Positions 25,524 to 39,250 of a DNA stretch of 64,000 nt are shown here, piece after piece. Position numbers and translations under genes: made by a program. Origin of the DNA: Malacoraja senta. Taxonomy: Eukaryota. Position 1 is the stretch's first letter. Every line of letters begins with the position of its first letter. The stretch is from contig CM075989.1 in assembly GCA_038087875.1 (NCBI GenBank), positions 4,526,001 to 4,590,000 on the forward strand, written 5' to 3'. Below the pieces are notes generated by a model that saw nothing but the letters and a program-made list of their open reading frames with translations, was not told where the DNA came from and did no database searches.

Positions 25524-27426
25524 GGGAACTGCAGATGCTGGTTTAACTCGAAGATAGACACAAAAAGCTGGAGTAATTCAGTCGAACATGCAGCATCTAT
25601 GGAGAAAAGGAATGGGTGACGTTTCGGGTCGGCAAGAAGGGTCTAGACCCGAAACGTCACCTATATATTATAATTAAAGGCTCGGACAAATAAATTCACA
25701 TAGTAAGGATTTGATGTAAGTATATTAGAGTCTTGTGGGAGATTATTTTTTTAATCCACTCTACGCGTGTGTGAATATCTGATGCCTCTGTACTGTAATC
25801 CATATTGAATCCATTCCCCGACACACCTTACTAATGACGTTCTAATTCAGACCGGGTGCGTTAGAGAGAAGGTGCGTTTACATAGCGACTTTCACCACCG
25901 CAGGACAATTCAGAATGCTTTCCACCGAGTGTGATAGGGAGTAGTCGTGCTTACAGTCTAGAAAGGGACGCAAAACGTGATCTACTGGAGGCAGATTTTT
26001 ACTGCGAGAAATTTAAGAAACGCGTTCGCGGGGTGAGGAGGGGGCGTTATCTTTGAATACTTGGATTACTCGTTTAGATTTGCTATTTGAAAGGCAAGAG
26101 TTCGGGGAATATTTTTTTTAAATTGTCGCCTGATTGTTCTAACCTTGAAAAGCGACCATTTCCAGTTTCAGATTGGTAAAATGGTTATCAAATACCATTT
26201 CACTGTACATAACCCGTGGCTGATATTTAGAGTGCATCCATTTATGGTAGATTACCCGAGAGCTTCAAAGCTCTTGAAGTCGTTACATAAATCTCTTGGC
26301 CAAATCCCGGTCGGACTGTTTTATGAAACGATTTGTTTTATCCTTGCATTGCAGTGTGGATGTTGGACGTTATTTCCCAGTTACAGTCTAACCGCGTGGA
26401 CACACATGTCACTTTGTCTCTCCAATGGTTCTAGCGATTACTTCGCTTCAGAGATCGTACAGACATGTCACAACCAACACAACAATTAACTGATGCCTAG
26501 TATTTCGATGCGAACTAGATGGCTTCAGACCGTTCATGTGTCGACTTTTGAACATTAAGTGGAATATTATGGGTGTATTCATTGAAGGAAGGTTGTGGTT
26601 TGGAAGATAGACACAGTAACTCAGCGGGACAGGCAGCATCTCTAGATAGAAGGAACGGGTGACGTTTCAGGTCGAGACCCTTCTTCAGACTTAGAGTCAG
26701 GGGAGAGCGAGACAGACACAAGAAAGTGCAAGGCAAACAGGGTTACCAAACAAATATGCGCGTCAGCCAGATTTCACAATAATACCAAAAGATCCAAATT
26801 CTGTCCGATAAATCTCAGTTATTAAAAAGTGTTTTATATTCTTTGGGAAGTGAAAGAGATAGAGAATAACGTGACAGGTACATACTTCTCTTAAAGCAAG
26901 GGTCAAAGGAACAGTTGGTATATTGTTGCCCTACTTTCTTATATGAATAGTTAATATATCATGAATATAATAATGTAACTAAGCGTGTGGTGATGGAATG
27001 TTCACAGTTTGCTGGATAATACCTAATCGACATTTTGTCATAATCGCACAGTTTATACTGTTGATTTGTTGATGTATATGGAAGAGAGTTGTAATATAGC
27101 CACCTATAGCGTTTATGAGTACATTGCCAAGATTTTTTTCATCTAAACAGATGCTTTTTATTTTAATTACATAGGTTTGGGTTATTTTCCCCAGCGCTGA
27201 ACATTTTAATTTAGATTTCAAATGTTATTCAAGGAGTTGACTTGCGCAATCTGAATTTCATCAAGTCCAGACAGTTAAAGAGCGTCATGTCGATTTGTGG
27301 CAAATGGGCACATGGATCCCATTAAACTCGCAGTTTTCCCGGCAGATTAATAAGGTCGCTCTTTCCCAGCACTGCTCAATGGATGATAAAGGCAGTTCCA
27401 TTTGTAGTCATAACGTCAAAATATCA

Positions 27427-27682
27427 GGTGTGTGGGAAGGAACTGCAGTTGCTGGTTCAAAATCGAAGGTAGACACAAAATGCTGGAGTAACTCAGCGGG
27501 ACAGGCAGCATCTCTGGACAGAAGGAATGGGTGATGTTTCGGGTCGAGACTTTTCTTCAGTCAAAATGCAGTCAAAAATATTCAGACCGGAGGTGGGTCT
27601 CAACCCGAAACATCACCTATTCCTTCTCTCCAATCATGCTGCCTGTCCCGCTCAGTTACGCCAGCGCATTGTGTCTATCTTC
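27427..27682. mobile_element. Fold-back PLE 3'-end element with 14-bp TSD
   Basis: Inverted arms; ACGTCAAAATATCA at 27413-27426 and 27683-27696. Confidence 0.9.
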
Positions 27683-28052
27683 ACGTCAAAATATCACTCA
27701 CGTTGTGTGTTACTAACCCGGAAGAGCCAAAGCAAGAGACGTGGCTCATCACTACACTCAGCCCAATGGTATTTCTACACAGTTCAGGAACGTACACCAA
27801 CACTCGCCGCTGCAGGTCATTGCATCATGTTATATGCAATAGGTCGTAATTCCAGGATGCAAAATATATTTATTTCATGTTTGCCCCTTATGTGTGTACC
27901 TTGTATTCATATACCAATGCATTCCCACAATTCAAGTGGAAATGATTTTAAACTAAATCTTTCCCACTTTCTCTTATGCAGTTGTTTTCTACATTTCAAT
28001 GAGGATTCGTATTAAATGGGCATATTTACTTAGCCAGACCATTTATTTCAAC

Positions 28053-28288
28053 AAAAGATAGACACAGAAAGCTGGATCAGGCAGCATCTCTGGAGAAATG
28101 GAATTTGTGACGTTTCGGGTCGAGTCCCTTTTCCAGACTCCTCAGTCTTTCCTCAGTCTGAAGAAGGATGTCGACCGGAAACATCACATATTCCCTTTCT
28201 CCAGAGATGCTGGCTGACCCGCTGAATTACTCCAGCTTGTTGTGTCTATCTTTGGTTTAAACCAGCATCTGCAGTTCCTTCCTGCACG
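28053..28288. mobile_element. Fold-back PLE 3'-end element with 12-bp TSD
   Basis: Inverted arms; ATTTATTTCAAC at 28041-28052 and 28289-28300. Confidence 0.9.
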
Positions 28289-28424
28289 ATTTATTTCAAC
28301 TGATATGTGCCAACTAATATCCTATGAATTTGTGCATTCGCGGTTTTAATTACAACATCTAAAGGTTTAGCATTTTCAATGTGGAACTCCCCCCCCCCAC
28401 CCCCCACCCCCCACCCCCCTAAAA

Positions 28425-28600
28425 TAGTTACACTTGCAAGGACTTTTACGACCCGGGACGCCCCACGCTCTTTACAATCGGTGAACTAATTGGATCGTGT
28501 ATTGTAGGTCACTTTCTGCACAGCAAGTTCCCATTAAAACTAATCTGATCACGACCAGGTAACCTGCGGTGATGTTATCGGTGCAGGGAATATAAAACAG
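28425..28600 (-). mobile_element. Deu-domain SINE 3' fragment
   Basis: CTTTTACGACCCGGGACGCCCCACGCTCTTTACA...TGCACAGCAAGTTCCCA...GACCAGGTAACCTG is the reverse complement of the Deu-SINE tail. Confidence 0.55.
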
Positions 28601-28634
28601 ATATTACAGCCCAGTGGTATGAATATTGATTGTT

Positions 28635-29108
28635 TCTCACTTCAGGTAACCCCGGCATTCCCTCCCTTTCACTCTATCCCTCCCCCCACTCAAGTCGCAC
28701 CAGCTTCTCGTTTTCACCCTACAAACAACTAACAATGGCCTGTTTCCTTTATCATCGTTACTCTTTTGCATATCTTTTATTCATTGTTCTTTATCTCTCC
28801 ACATCATCGTCTATATCTCTCGTTTTTCTTATCCCTAACCAGTCTGAAGAAGGGTCTCGACCAGAAACGTCACACATCCCTTCTCTCCAGAGATGCTGCC
28901 TGTCCCTCTGAGTTACTCAAGCTTTTGTGTCTATCTTGTGTCTAAACCAGCATCTGCAGTTCCTTCCTACACATAAAGCAAATCATTCTCTCGCAAGGCA
29001 GATATAAAGCTCAGTCTGAAGAAAGGTCTCGACCCGAAACGTCACCTATTCCTTCAATCCAGAGATACTGCCTTTCCCGCCGAGTTACTCCAGGATTTTT
29101 GTGTCCAT
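28635..29108 (+). mobile_element. Longer PLE 3' fragment plus a second tandem arm
   Basis: Matches the reverse complement of 13757-14370; hammerhead-like cores at ~28843 and 29016-29043. Confidence 0.8.
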
Positions 29109-30511
29109 TCTCTTCGCCGAACTACTACCACAGAATCTAAGGCCGAACAACAAGAGCGGAGAGAGCGATGTTCAACATCAGGGAAAATATCGATGACGAC
29201 ATTATAGCTGCTCCAGATAAGAAAAAAATGTTGCTTGAGCCCAGAGAAAATATTGAAGGAAAATAAATTAAAACCACTTCTAAACAAATTAATGCATATT
29301 AAATTCAGCATCTATAAAATTCTGATAGCTATTTCTTCATGGTTATTAGAAATGGATCGCTTCAATATAAAATATAGCTCCCGCCTCTTCATTCTTGGCA
29401 TCGGCTCACCATTATATGGCACGAATAGAACCGGTTATCTCTATCCATATCCAACCTGAAAGTGCTTGCCAGTAACATTGGAAACGTGTAATGTGATAGT
29501 ATTATTCTATACCTTAACTGGACAACAGACTATTAGCGCTAGATAATCCTCTCTGAACTATAGATTTATGGAGCATAGGTCTGTAATGCAATGTCGATTC
29601 TAGTCAAGTGTGTTTGTTCCAAGTATTTGCTATTATGCTGTTATCCAGGTTGCCTTAGTGCAATATTTAACAATATTCAATACTATTCAATGTTCATTTA
29701 CAATAATATTACTGCATGTAAGATGTCAAATTTATCATCCAGTACACTGTGTTAGTATCGGTGCAGGGTTACTCAATATCATCTCATCAAAACCCTTGTT
29801 TAAAAAATGTTTCTCCAGTTTTTTTGTCTACCTTCATCAAAATCCATGTTCTGTTAATCTTGATTTTTATTTATTTACCTTTATCTACAGCTATGTACAA
29901 CTTTTCAAAAACAATTCGAAAGATACAGTCATGAAGTTGCTAGTATCGCAATGAACATGCAAAGACAGAAAATTATATCTTGCCACAGTGATGGATTCCA
30001 ATCTGGCTAGGACGTACATAAATGCAGTTAATATTTATCAAGGTTTCCTGATAATTCCTACAAACATGTTTCCATTTTCTTTCAATTGTAGTACGATTTG
30101 CTTCAATCAATTTAATGTAGTACTAATTCCTTGATTATATAGAACAATTGAATAATCGAATTTTAGGTGTATGGTTGTATTTTCAGTTGGACACAAAATG
30201 CCGGAGTAACTCAACGGGACAGGCAGCATCTCTGGAGAGAGGAATTGATGATGTTTCGGGTCGAAACACTTCTTCAGTTTGTGGATTCTTGCTCTGACTT
30301 TCTGCAATCATATGTTTACCTTAGTTCTTGCATTATTTGATCCTCGCTGTATTTAACCAACCATGAGGCGGGGCTTCTGTTCTGTTTCACGTGCAACTAT
30401 TTGCAGTTTACTTAGTTATAGCTCTTCATTTTCAATTTTTGGGAGCTCAGTTATAGAAAGGGATTGGAGTGCCTATTGTCATTCAGTGGATCCGAAAGGA
30501 AACTTGGCGAT

Positions 30512-30882
30512 GCGTCGGAAGGAACTGCAGATTCTAGTTTACACCGAAGATAGACATAAAAAGCTGGAGTAACCCAGCGGGACAGATAGCATCCCTGGAG
30601 AAAAGGAATAGGGGCCTTTTCGGGTCGAGACCCTTCTTCAGACTGGGAGTCAGGGGATAGGGTAACGAGAGATATAGACGGTGACGTAGAGAGATATAGA
30701 ACAAATGAATGAAAGATATGCAAAAAAGTAACAACGATAAAGGAAACGTTAGCTGTTTGCTCGCTGAGAACGAGTACAGACAATGAGACTCAACAAGACG
30801 ACTTGAAGCTGGTACTTGGGTGGGGGAGGGATGGAGAGAGAGAGATTGCAAGGGTTACTTGAGATAAATCAATATTCATACC
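30512..30882 (-). mobile_element. PLE 3' fragment
   Basis: GGAAGGAACTGCAGA...GAGACCCTTCTTCAGACT...GGGTTACTTGAGA..ATCAATATTCATACC. Confidence 0.8.
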
Positions 30883-31797
30883 AACCTCATGATACCACAC
30901 ACAAGGCCAAAACCCCACTTCCATCAACACAGCAAACAGAATTTAGCTACCATGGCACTTAATAAAGTGCCATTTTATATCGCGCAAGACCGTATGACAA
31001 TAATGTCATATTTCCAAATAGTATAGTTCTTGCACAACGTTCATTAAAGCCGATTTTATAAGCGTTGAGCAAAGATTGGTGGATTGTGACGTGGTTTGTA
31101 TTTTACCCCTGGTCTGCGTTGTTGCTGCTTTAAAAAAATAGATCGATGTATAGTGTGTCTAGTTAATCCAGTAACTGTCCAAAACCACGGTCAGTTCAGA
31201 GACAGAACCGTCCACATTGCGGCTTTATCGTTTCTTACTCATAATCTAGAAATGAGCTAAATTGAGAACATTTAGTACATTCTCCATTCTCCAATGGGGG
31301 TGTTGTGTATGTGCTTGTTCAGTAATCTCTTTGATAATTTGAAAGACATTGGAAATCCATGTTTAAAAACGTGGTCTCTCGCGTAGCCAAAACTGCACAC
31401 GTTGCGGAGGCACTAATATGTCATCTCATACCATGGGTGTCTGTAATTTACACTTAGATTAAATGAGCGATATTACCCAAACATTGCTTGTATTATAATG
31501 AGTGGTGCAGTTTAACGTTAACAATGATATAAATTTTATTGTGACAGCACACATGGAATAATTGCATGTCAAAGAGGTGACAGGTTACGGGGTGGTGAGG
31601 GCGGAGATGGGTTGGCTGTGAGAGGTATGAATGTCGATCTACAAGCCACGACTGCTAAAGGATTGATATCCCCGAATCCTGAATGTGAGCCCTGGAGTAG
31701 CCAGTTTCTCCTATTTACCCACATATGCAAACGAATGCAACCTGTGCCAACAATGTGGGATGTGACTACAGCTTGTAACCCAACCGTGTGAACATTG

Positions 31798-32378
31798 GAG
31801 ATAGACACTAAAAGCTGGAGTAACTCGTGTAGGAAGGAACTGCAGATGCTGGTTTAAACCGAGGATAGACACAAAATGCTGGAGTAACTCAGTCGGGTCA
31901 GGCAGCATCTCTGGAGAACATGGATGGGTGAGGTTTCGGGCCAAAACCCTTCTTCAGGCCAAAATTCTCTAATATTAGATAACACACGCCTCTCCCCTAC
32001 TCGGTGCACGCCCATTTCTTCCATTATACTGTCACTTTCCCCTCCCTCTGTCGTCCCTTTCCACCTATATTCCTTCCTCTAGCTTCGCATTTCTCTTTTA
32101 GTTAGCACCATTGTGTCCCCTTTTTAATTCCTATACTTTGCCCATACATCTGCCAGTCAACAAACGCCGCACAGCTGTATCCACCTATCACTCTCTCGGC
32201 TTTGTCCTACCCGCGCCTCTTTTCCAGCTCCCCCCCCCCCCCCCCCATTACAATCAGTCTGAAGAAGTATCCCACCCGAAACGTCATCTGTCCGTGTCCT
32301 CCAGATATTCTGCCTGACCCGGTCAGTTGCATTTTGTGTCTTTCTTTTTGCAAACCAGCATCTGCAGTTCCTTGTGTT
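31798..32378. mobile_element. PLE 3'-end arms in inverted arrangement
   Basis: Arm at 31798-31958 (with a short internal duplication) and an opposite-orientation arm at ~32010-32378. Confidence 0.7.
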
Positions 32379-32404
32379 TACAGCATTTCTCACAACGCAT
32401 TATT

Positions 32405-33185
32405 TTAAGGAATGCACGTCAGTAACACATTTCACAATCTCAGGATATTCCAAACTCTTATAGCCAATGAAGTCCATTGGAGCCGAGATGGTAACAGGAC
32501 ATCTAAATTGTGTATGAAGATAGGCACAGAATAACTGGAGTAACTCAGCGGGACAGGCAGCATCTCTGGAGAGAAGAAATGGGTGACGTTTCGGGTCGAG
32601 ACCCAACTTCAGACTGAGTGTGCGGGGAAAGGGAAACAAGAGATATAGGAGGCGATGTAGAGAGATATAGAAGAAATGAATGAAAGATTTACAAAAAAGT
32701 AATGATGATAAAGGAAACAGGGAAATGTTAACTAGGTGAGAACGTGAAGCAGGTGGAGAGAGAAAGAGAATGCAGGGGTTACTTGAAAAGAGAGATATCA
32801 ATATTCATCTCAACTATCTCGACGACACTTCTTTCCGCCCTGCCTCCTGCGAAGACTCTATCCCCTTCTCCCAATTCGTCTACGCTGCATCTGCGCCAAG
32901 ATGAGGCATTCCAGGACATCCGAGATTTCACCGTTGTGCACATCAAACTCCTTCGAAAAAATAATTGGACTTGTTGGGAAAACTACTTGAATGCGGTTGA
33001 TTCGGGAGACAAATATCAGATGGGAAACCCCTGGAAAAATCTCCACCGCTCTTCCCGCGAACACCACCTTGAAATCTTCCATTCCCACCGTAGAGCAGAA
33101 GTTCAAACGACTCTTCCGTCGACCTCCTCTGACTCTGCACTGAAGTGGAATGTCTGACCTGATTTTTATATTCAAATTGGATCTG
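32405..33185 (-). mobile_element. Deu-domain SINE interrupted by a PLE fragment (~32517-32915)
   Basis: TTTCACAATCTCAGGATATTCCAAA..TATAGCCAATGAAGT tail; resumes at CCCCTGGAAAAATCTCCACCGCTCTTC...CTGCACTGAAGTG; the insert includes a PLE RT piece (DSIPFSQFV.LR.IC). Confidence 0.6.
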
Positions 33186-34749
33186 CCAGGCTATTGATAA
33201 AAACCCAGACATTCCTTGCATATTATTTTCGTGAAAACCACACAAATCCCTGTATTTTTTCGCGGTGATTTATGAGTTTTGAAGATCTACACTAAGGTTG
33301 TTATGATTAAGAACTTAGATTAAAGAAAGGCGCAGGGGGATCCCCGCGGGAGCCCGGAGAACATTTTTCTTCAAATAGATAAAAGGCGAAGTCAGACACT
33401 CAGATTATCCTTGTCTCAGCATATTTTAGTGACTGTATACAAGATCTTTATTCGCCAAGCTCTGATATTAAGTTGAACAATCCCCACTGCTTTCCAAAAT
33501 TACTCTGACGTGCATATACATGTCTTTGGGAAAAGTATCGATAACCACCGAAGAAATACTTATACGATACGATAGAACTGTATTCATATAATTATCCGTT
33601 TAAAGATGTTAAGATCAATAAATTATCCGTTTAAAAATATTTATAATTCTCCATCATACTTTTCTACCGCTTTATTGGCATTTTCTGTTGAAGCTGCGTG
33701 TTCTACAATCACAGGTGGGACTCCATTTTCTGGTTTAACGGGCCAGCTTTCTTACACAACACGGAATTTCTGGAGATACCCAACATCTTCTTCTGGAAAC
33801 GGTGACTTTTTCTCTTCCCCACAGATGTAGTTTGACCCCCCTGAACACTTTTTTTTAGGTTTCCAGCATCTGCACAACTTCATTAGATTTAACTATTTTA
33901 CACCTTTTTACACCTTCTTCACAGGATGCTCATAGGATGCACCAATATTATGTAATTAGTCAAATGATTGATCCATCATTGTTCACATGTATTTATCATG
34001 AAATTGATTTAGATATACGGGCATGCCGCGTAATATTGTTGATGTTCTATATATTGATCGCGGCAAGTAATTCGGCCCATTGACTCTATGCCGGTCTTTA
34101 GAATGACCACATCAACCACAGCGACTCGACACGAACAGCCTTTTATTCCCAGAGCGGGTCTTTGCAATTTAGAAGACTTTCAGAAAATATCCATGGAAGT
34201 TCCTCGTGTTCTGTCGAAGTGAAAAATCACCCTAACCCCAATGCATCCTATTGAAAAGTAACTATCTATGCACTATTGAAAGCGCGTCGGGGAGCCAATA
34301 ATTGGTTTTCACTTTCGAACAAGGTCCGCGGAAAAATGAACGTGTGAATAAATACAAGAGTAAATAGGAGAAACACGAATTTCGATCATTTACAACCACG
34401 AACAACGTTCAGTTCAATTATACTTTTGCTTAATTGTATTTTTCTCTCGAATATACACTACTGGAATATGTTGGTTTAAATTACTCATGTGAAAACGTTT
34501 CCCCTGGAACAAGCGGCTCTGGATATTCTCCCCACGAAGTATTAGTCTCCCCACCCCCCCCCCCCTCCCCAAAACACGATTTCCATGCTTAACGTAAGCC
34601 CTTTGGTTAAATAGGTTTGTGAAGCAACATTAACCTGAGAGGATCGATCCTACAGCGTCCCCACACGTCTGTCACTTTTGTTTAGCACCTTCGGGCCCAC
34701 GTTGGTCTAAAGAGCTTTCTCCGTATTCATTACAATACCAGAGGCCAGA

Positions 34750-35412
34750 TGTACAGGGAGGAACTGCAGATGCCGCTTTACACCAAAGGTAGACACACGA
34801 AGCTGGGGTAACTCAGCGGGTGAGGCAGCATCTCTGGAGAAAAGGAATAGGTGACGTTTCGGGTCGAGACCCTTCTTCAGACGCAAGATGGGTCTCGACC
34901 CAAAACTCTTCGGACTGAGAGGCAATGGAAAGGGGAAACGAGAGATATAGATGCTACTTAGGATCAATGAATGGAAGAAATGCAGAAAGTAAAACAATCA
35001 AGGACATGTGGAGGCCACAATGGCCCATTGTTGGCTACAGGATAGGTGATAACAGGTTACACAAACAGTGGTACTCAACTGGACGACCCTAAGTATTGTC
35101 TTTATCCCTCGCTCCCCTTTCCCCTGACTCTCAGACCAGATGCCACATCTTACTCCAGAACGAGTGACCAACAGCAACAACAAAAACACATGGGACTTCT
35201 CTGCTCCCAATGACAGATCAATACAATTTTACTTTTCAAAGTTCTTCAAGATCGCAACAGGGCGTTTGAAGATGGAATCTTTTGAAGAAGGGTCCCGACC
35301 CAAAACGTCACATATTCCTTTTCTCCCGAGGTGCTGCCTGGCCCGCTGAGTTACACCAGCACTTGGTGTCTATCTTTGGTATAAACAAGCATGTGCAGTT
35401 CATTCCTACACG
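34750..35412. mobile_element. PLE 3'-end arms
   Basis: Intact minus-strand hammerhead core at 34853-34880; opposite arm at ~35282-35412. Confidence 0.8.
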
Positions 35413-35804
35413 TTAGATCTGTTGCCGATGGATTATTCAATATGGGCTGTGAAGAAGGCCGTATTATCTGTAAGTATTTCATCTGCTTACATGATGCTCT
35501 CTGGACTGGAACGATTACAGATATTATCCATTGTAGACAATAGATGGAGGACAATTTCCATTGGGATTGGCTTTTAATGGTTAACGGGAAGAATAGTAAA
35601 CGAGAGGTTTCATCCCGTCTCCCAAGTATCAATAAACATCAGATAATATCCTCAAAACGTGAGTAATTCACATTGGTGCACATACATTGACACCATTAAC
35701 AGATAACTACGAATTTTGGCTCATGGATTATAAAAGACAACTGTTCTGTTATAGTGCACTACATCGGAATTTAGCGCAGGTTTAACTACGATGAACAAGA
35801 CGCT

Positions 35805-36222
35805 AATAGAAACATAGAAAATAGGAGCAGGAAGAGGCCATTCGGCCCTTCGAGCCAGCACCGTCATTCATTGTTATCATGGCTGATCGTCCCCAATCAA
35901 TAACCCGTGCCTGCCTTCTCCCCATATCCCTTGATTCCACTAGCCCCTAGAGCTCTATCTAACTCTCTCTTAAATCCATCCAGTGATTTGGCCTCCACTG
36001 CCCTCTGTGGCAGAGAATTCCACAAATTCACAACTCTGTGTGAAAACGTTTTTTTCTCACCTCAGTCGTAAATGGCCTCCCCTTTATTCTAAGGCTGTGG
36101 CCCATGGTTCTGGACTCGCCCAACATTGGGAAAAAATTTCCTGCATCTAGCTTGTCCAGTCCTTTTATAATTTTATATGTTTCTATAAGATATCCCCTCA
36201 TCCTTCTAAACTCCAGTGAATA
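35805..36222 (-). mobile_element. CR1 LINE 3' fragment
   Basis: YSLEFRRMRG.LIETYKIIKGLD...GESRT; (ATAGAAAC)n tail. Confidence 0.9.
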
Positions 36223-36504
36223 TACAAGTCTAAAGTAAAGCGAAGGGGGATTGGGATTGAAAGGTGAATCTGGTAGTGACAACCCTTGGATGGTATCTGC
36301 AACATCAGGAATCAGTGGTTTGGAAGTGAAATTCAGACCATATTCCTGAAGAGATAAAATGATTGAAAATATAGCTTGGAGTCAAATAGGATGCTTCAAA
36401 TCTGATTCAACTCTACAGAATGAGTGGGAAATGGCATTCTACATTAGAGCTGTGCAAGATGTAATGATAGGATCCAAGTGAAGGAAATTAGTTCCCCAGA
36501 GGAG

Positions 36505-37415
36505 AGACACAAAAATCTAACTTTTTGTGTCGGGTGACTATTCGGGACGAGACCCCTCTTCAGCCTGGAATGGAGTAAAGATGTGCAAACAGCAACGATG
36601 ATCAAGGAAAGGTGAAGCCCACAGTTGTTCTGTCAGAAGGAACTGCAGATGCTGCTTTAAACCGAAAATAGACAAAATAAAATGCTGGAGTAATTCAGCA
36701 GGACAGGCAGCATCTCTGGAGTGAAGGAATGGGTGAAGTTTCGGGTCAAACCCCTTCTTCAGTCTGAAGGAATGGTCATAAGAGTTTGATAACTACTGTG
36801 CTAATCTTTATGGAATGTAGGGAATTCAATCTGAAGAAGGGTCTCACCATGCCCCCCCCCCCCCCCCCCCGTCTTTTCTCCCATTTCCAATCAGGGAGAA
36901 GATTCAAAAGCTTGAAAGCATGTGGCACCAGATTCAAGAACAACTCCCTCCCCACTGTTGTCATGCTGCAGGAGGGACTGCCCTGTTACCAAGCATGTAG
37001 TCCCGATCACCCAATCTACCTCATGTGGCCCTTGCACTTTTTTATCTGCACTTTCTCTGCAGCTGCAATATTATGTCCCGCACTCATTATTCTCTCTTTT
37101 ACGCTAGCTGATGTACTAATGTATGTTGTAGGAAGGGACTGTAGTCGCTGGTTTACACCGAAGATAGGCACAAAATGCTGGAGCAACTCAGCGGGTCAGG
37201 CAGCATCTCTGGAGAGAAGGCATGAATGACTTTTGCGAGTCGTGACCCTTCTTTAGTCGAAGAGTCAGGGGAGAGTGGAAATATGGAAGGGTAAGGTGTT
37301 AATATGAGAGATCAAAGGGGATGCTGCTCAAGGAAAATGTAGATGTATGGTATGATTTTTCAGGGCAACAAGTTTTTCTCTGTCTTGATACATTTGACAA
37401 TAATAAACCAATACC
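36505..37415. mobile_element. Mixed cluster: PLE arms and a Rex1/Babar-like 3' end (~36880-37415) interrupted by a PLE arm (~37127-37345)
   Basis: SGRRFKSLK...TRFKNNSLP; ends TGACAATAATAAAC. Confidence 0.65.
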
Positions 37416-37929
37416 AAATTGTTTTAATGTAAGATAGCCACATATAGATGTCTTTATTGGTAGTCTTTGACAAGCCTATATTTTATAGTCAATGGAGATG
37501 TAGGGAATTCTATGTTACCATCCTAGGAAGTAATTAAATCCAGATTCATAAAGGGAAATAGAATACAATTGGAAGACAACAACTGAGGAGAATAGGAGAA
37601 GAAAAAGCACTGCTTATATATATATATTTTTTAAACTGCTTACACTACTTATTCCAGTAAATTATTCCCAACTATTTTGGTCAACCAACTACAAGCATGA
37701 CATCATTTATTTCGGTTCTGCTCAAACTGGAAGATTTATTTCACTTTCTTAATTTATTGTAATTTCTCCCCTATTTCTTCACTGCTCTGGCTCTATAAAG
37801 ACTCAGACTTTATGAAGACTTCAACAGTTTCTCCATAAAATGATAAATGTAGCAGATCTATACTGCACTAATTCACTTCTGTTACATTTTCATTAGTTTA
37901 TCTGTTGTATGCTTTTCTATGTAATAGTA

Positions 37930-38310
37930 GATGATGCAGGGAGACCCGATAGAAGTTTATGAAATTATGAGAGGCATAGATATGGTAGACAGTCGGAACG
38001 ATTTTTTTTCCGGGATGGAAAAATTAAATACTACAAGGCATAGCTTTAAAGTGAGAGGGGTAACGTATAAAGGAGATGTGCAGGGCAACTTTTATTTATT
38101 ACGCCGAGAATGTTGAGTGTCTGGAACGGGTTGGGGGTTGAGGCAGAAATGATTGTGGTATTTAACAGGGTTTTGGATAGAAATATGGATATGCAGGAAA
38201 TGGATTGCCTGCAGAAAGATAAGAGATGGTCTTGGCATAATGCTCAGCACAAACGTTGTGAGCCAGAGAGCCTATTCTAGTGCTGTACCACTATAGGTTC
38301 TATGTCTATG
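37930..38310 (+). mobile_element. Degenerate CR1 3' fragment
   Basis: GDPIEVYEIMRGID...TTRHSFKVRG; tail TTCTATGTCTATG. Confidence 0.75.
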
Positions 38311-38623
38311 ACTAGGTGAGTAATGTCATATACACTTTGGGAATACAGCTTATTAACAGACAGGTACTATTGCCTTCGAAGGTTAAACAATAAAACAAAA
38401 CACATGGTGCAGTGTAGAAATATTCAAACAAGAGCTGCAAGAGTTGAGTCCCATTCTGTTGCGAATTAACTACTTTCAGCCTGTGTAGCTTGTAGTATAA
38501 TGATATAAGTGGTAGGTAACTCTTGCTAAGATGAATGCCAGTTTTGAATCACTATAAAATTAAATCATTGATCTCTAAGTCAGGATGGCAATGATATTTC
38601 TGCCTTTTAATAAGTAACTGCCA

Positions 38624-38761
38624 GGGTGGGAGATTGTAACCTTCACGTGGTCCACCCTGTTTCAACTAATGCAATCAACCCGACGTGCACAAATAGATCA
38701 AATAGAACAAGTTGACCTACAACTTTAGGCTGTGCACGCCATACGCAAGAAGAAGAAGAGG
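38624..38761 (+). mobile_element. Short non-LTR 3' end with (AAG)n tail and 12-bp TSD
   Basis: AAGTAACTGCCA at 38612-38623 and 38762-38773; ends CCATACGCAAGAAGAAGAAG. Confidence 0.8.
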
Positions 38762-38899
38762 AAGTAACTGCCAACCAACACACATTACCTAGGCTCTCAT
38801 ATGTTCTATCTAACCCTGGGTGAAATATCAGATGTCAGCCAGAATCTATGGGATTGCCCCATGGAAGGAGATTGAAGAATTTCCTTCATTCCTTCCCTG

Positions 38900-39250
38900 T
38901 TCCTGGCTGGCTGAAGGTACAGGAACTTGAAAGCATGCAACACTAGACTGAGGAATAGCATCTTCCTCTTAGTTATTAGGCTTCTGAACAGTCCTTCCAT
39001 AAGCTAGGCTACTGTCTGACTCACCTCTACCCCAATGAGGACATTGGACTAAGTCCATGGAGCTGTGTGCTCCAATGTGCTACAATGCTGAGAACTATAT
39101 TCTGCACTCTGTACCTTCCCCTTGCTCTGCATATTAAACTTGAGTTTGACTTGATTGTATTTATGTACGGCATATCTGATCTGTTCGGATGGCTTGCAGG
39201 ACAAATCTTTTCACTGCACCTCAGAACATGTGACAATAATAAACCTAAAA
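38900..39250 (+). mobile_element. Rex1/Babar-like 3' end
   Basis: AGGTACAGGAACTTGAAAGCATGC.ACACTAGACTGAGGAATAGC.TCTTCC...TGTGACAATAATAAAC. Confidence 0.6.

Noticed and set aside
27295..27716. Recurrent peptides such as KCWSNSAGQAASL / SRDAACPAELLQ in many ORFs
   Set aside because: Incidental translations of the non-coding PLE 3'-end repeat in different frames
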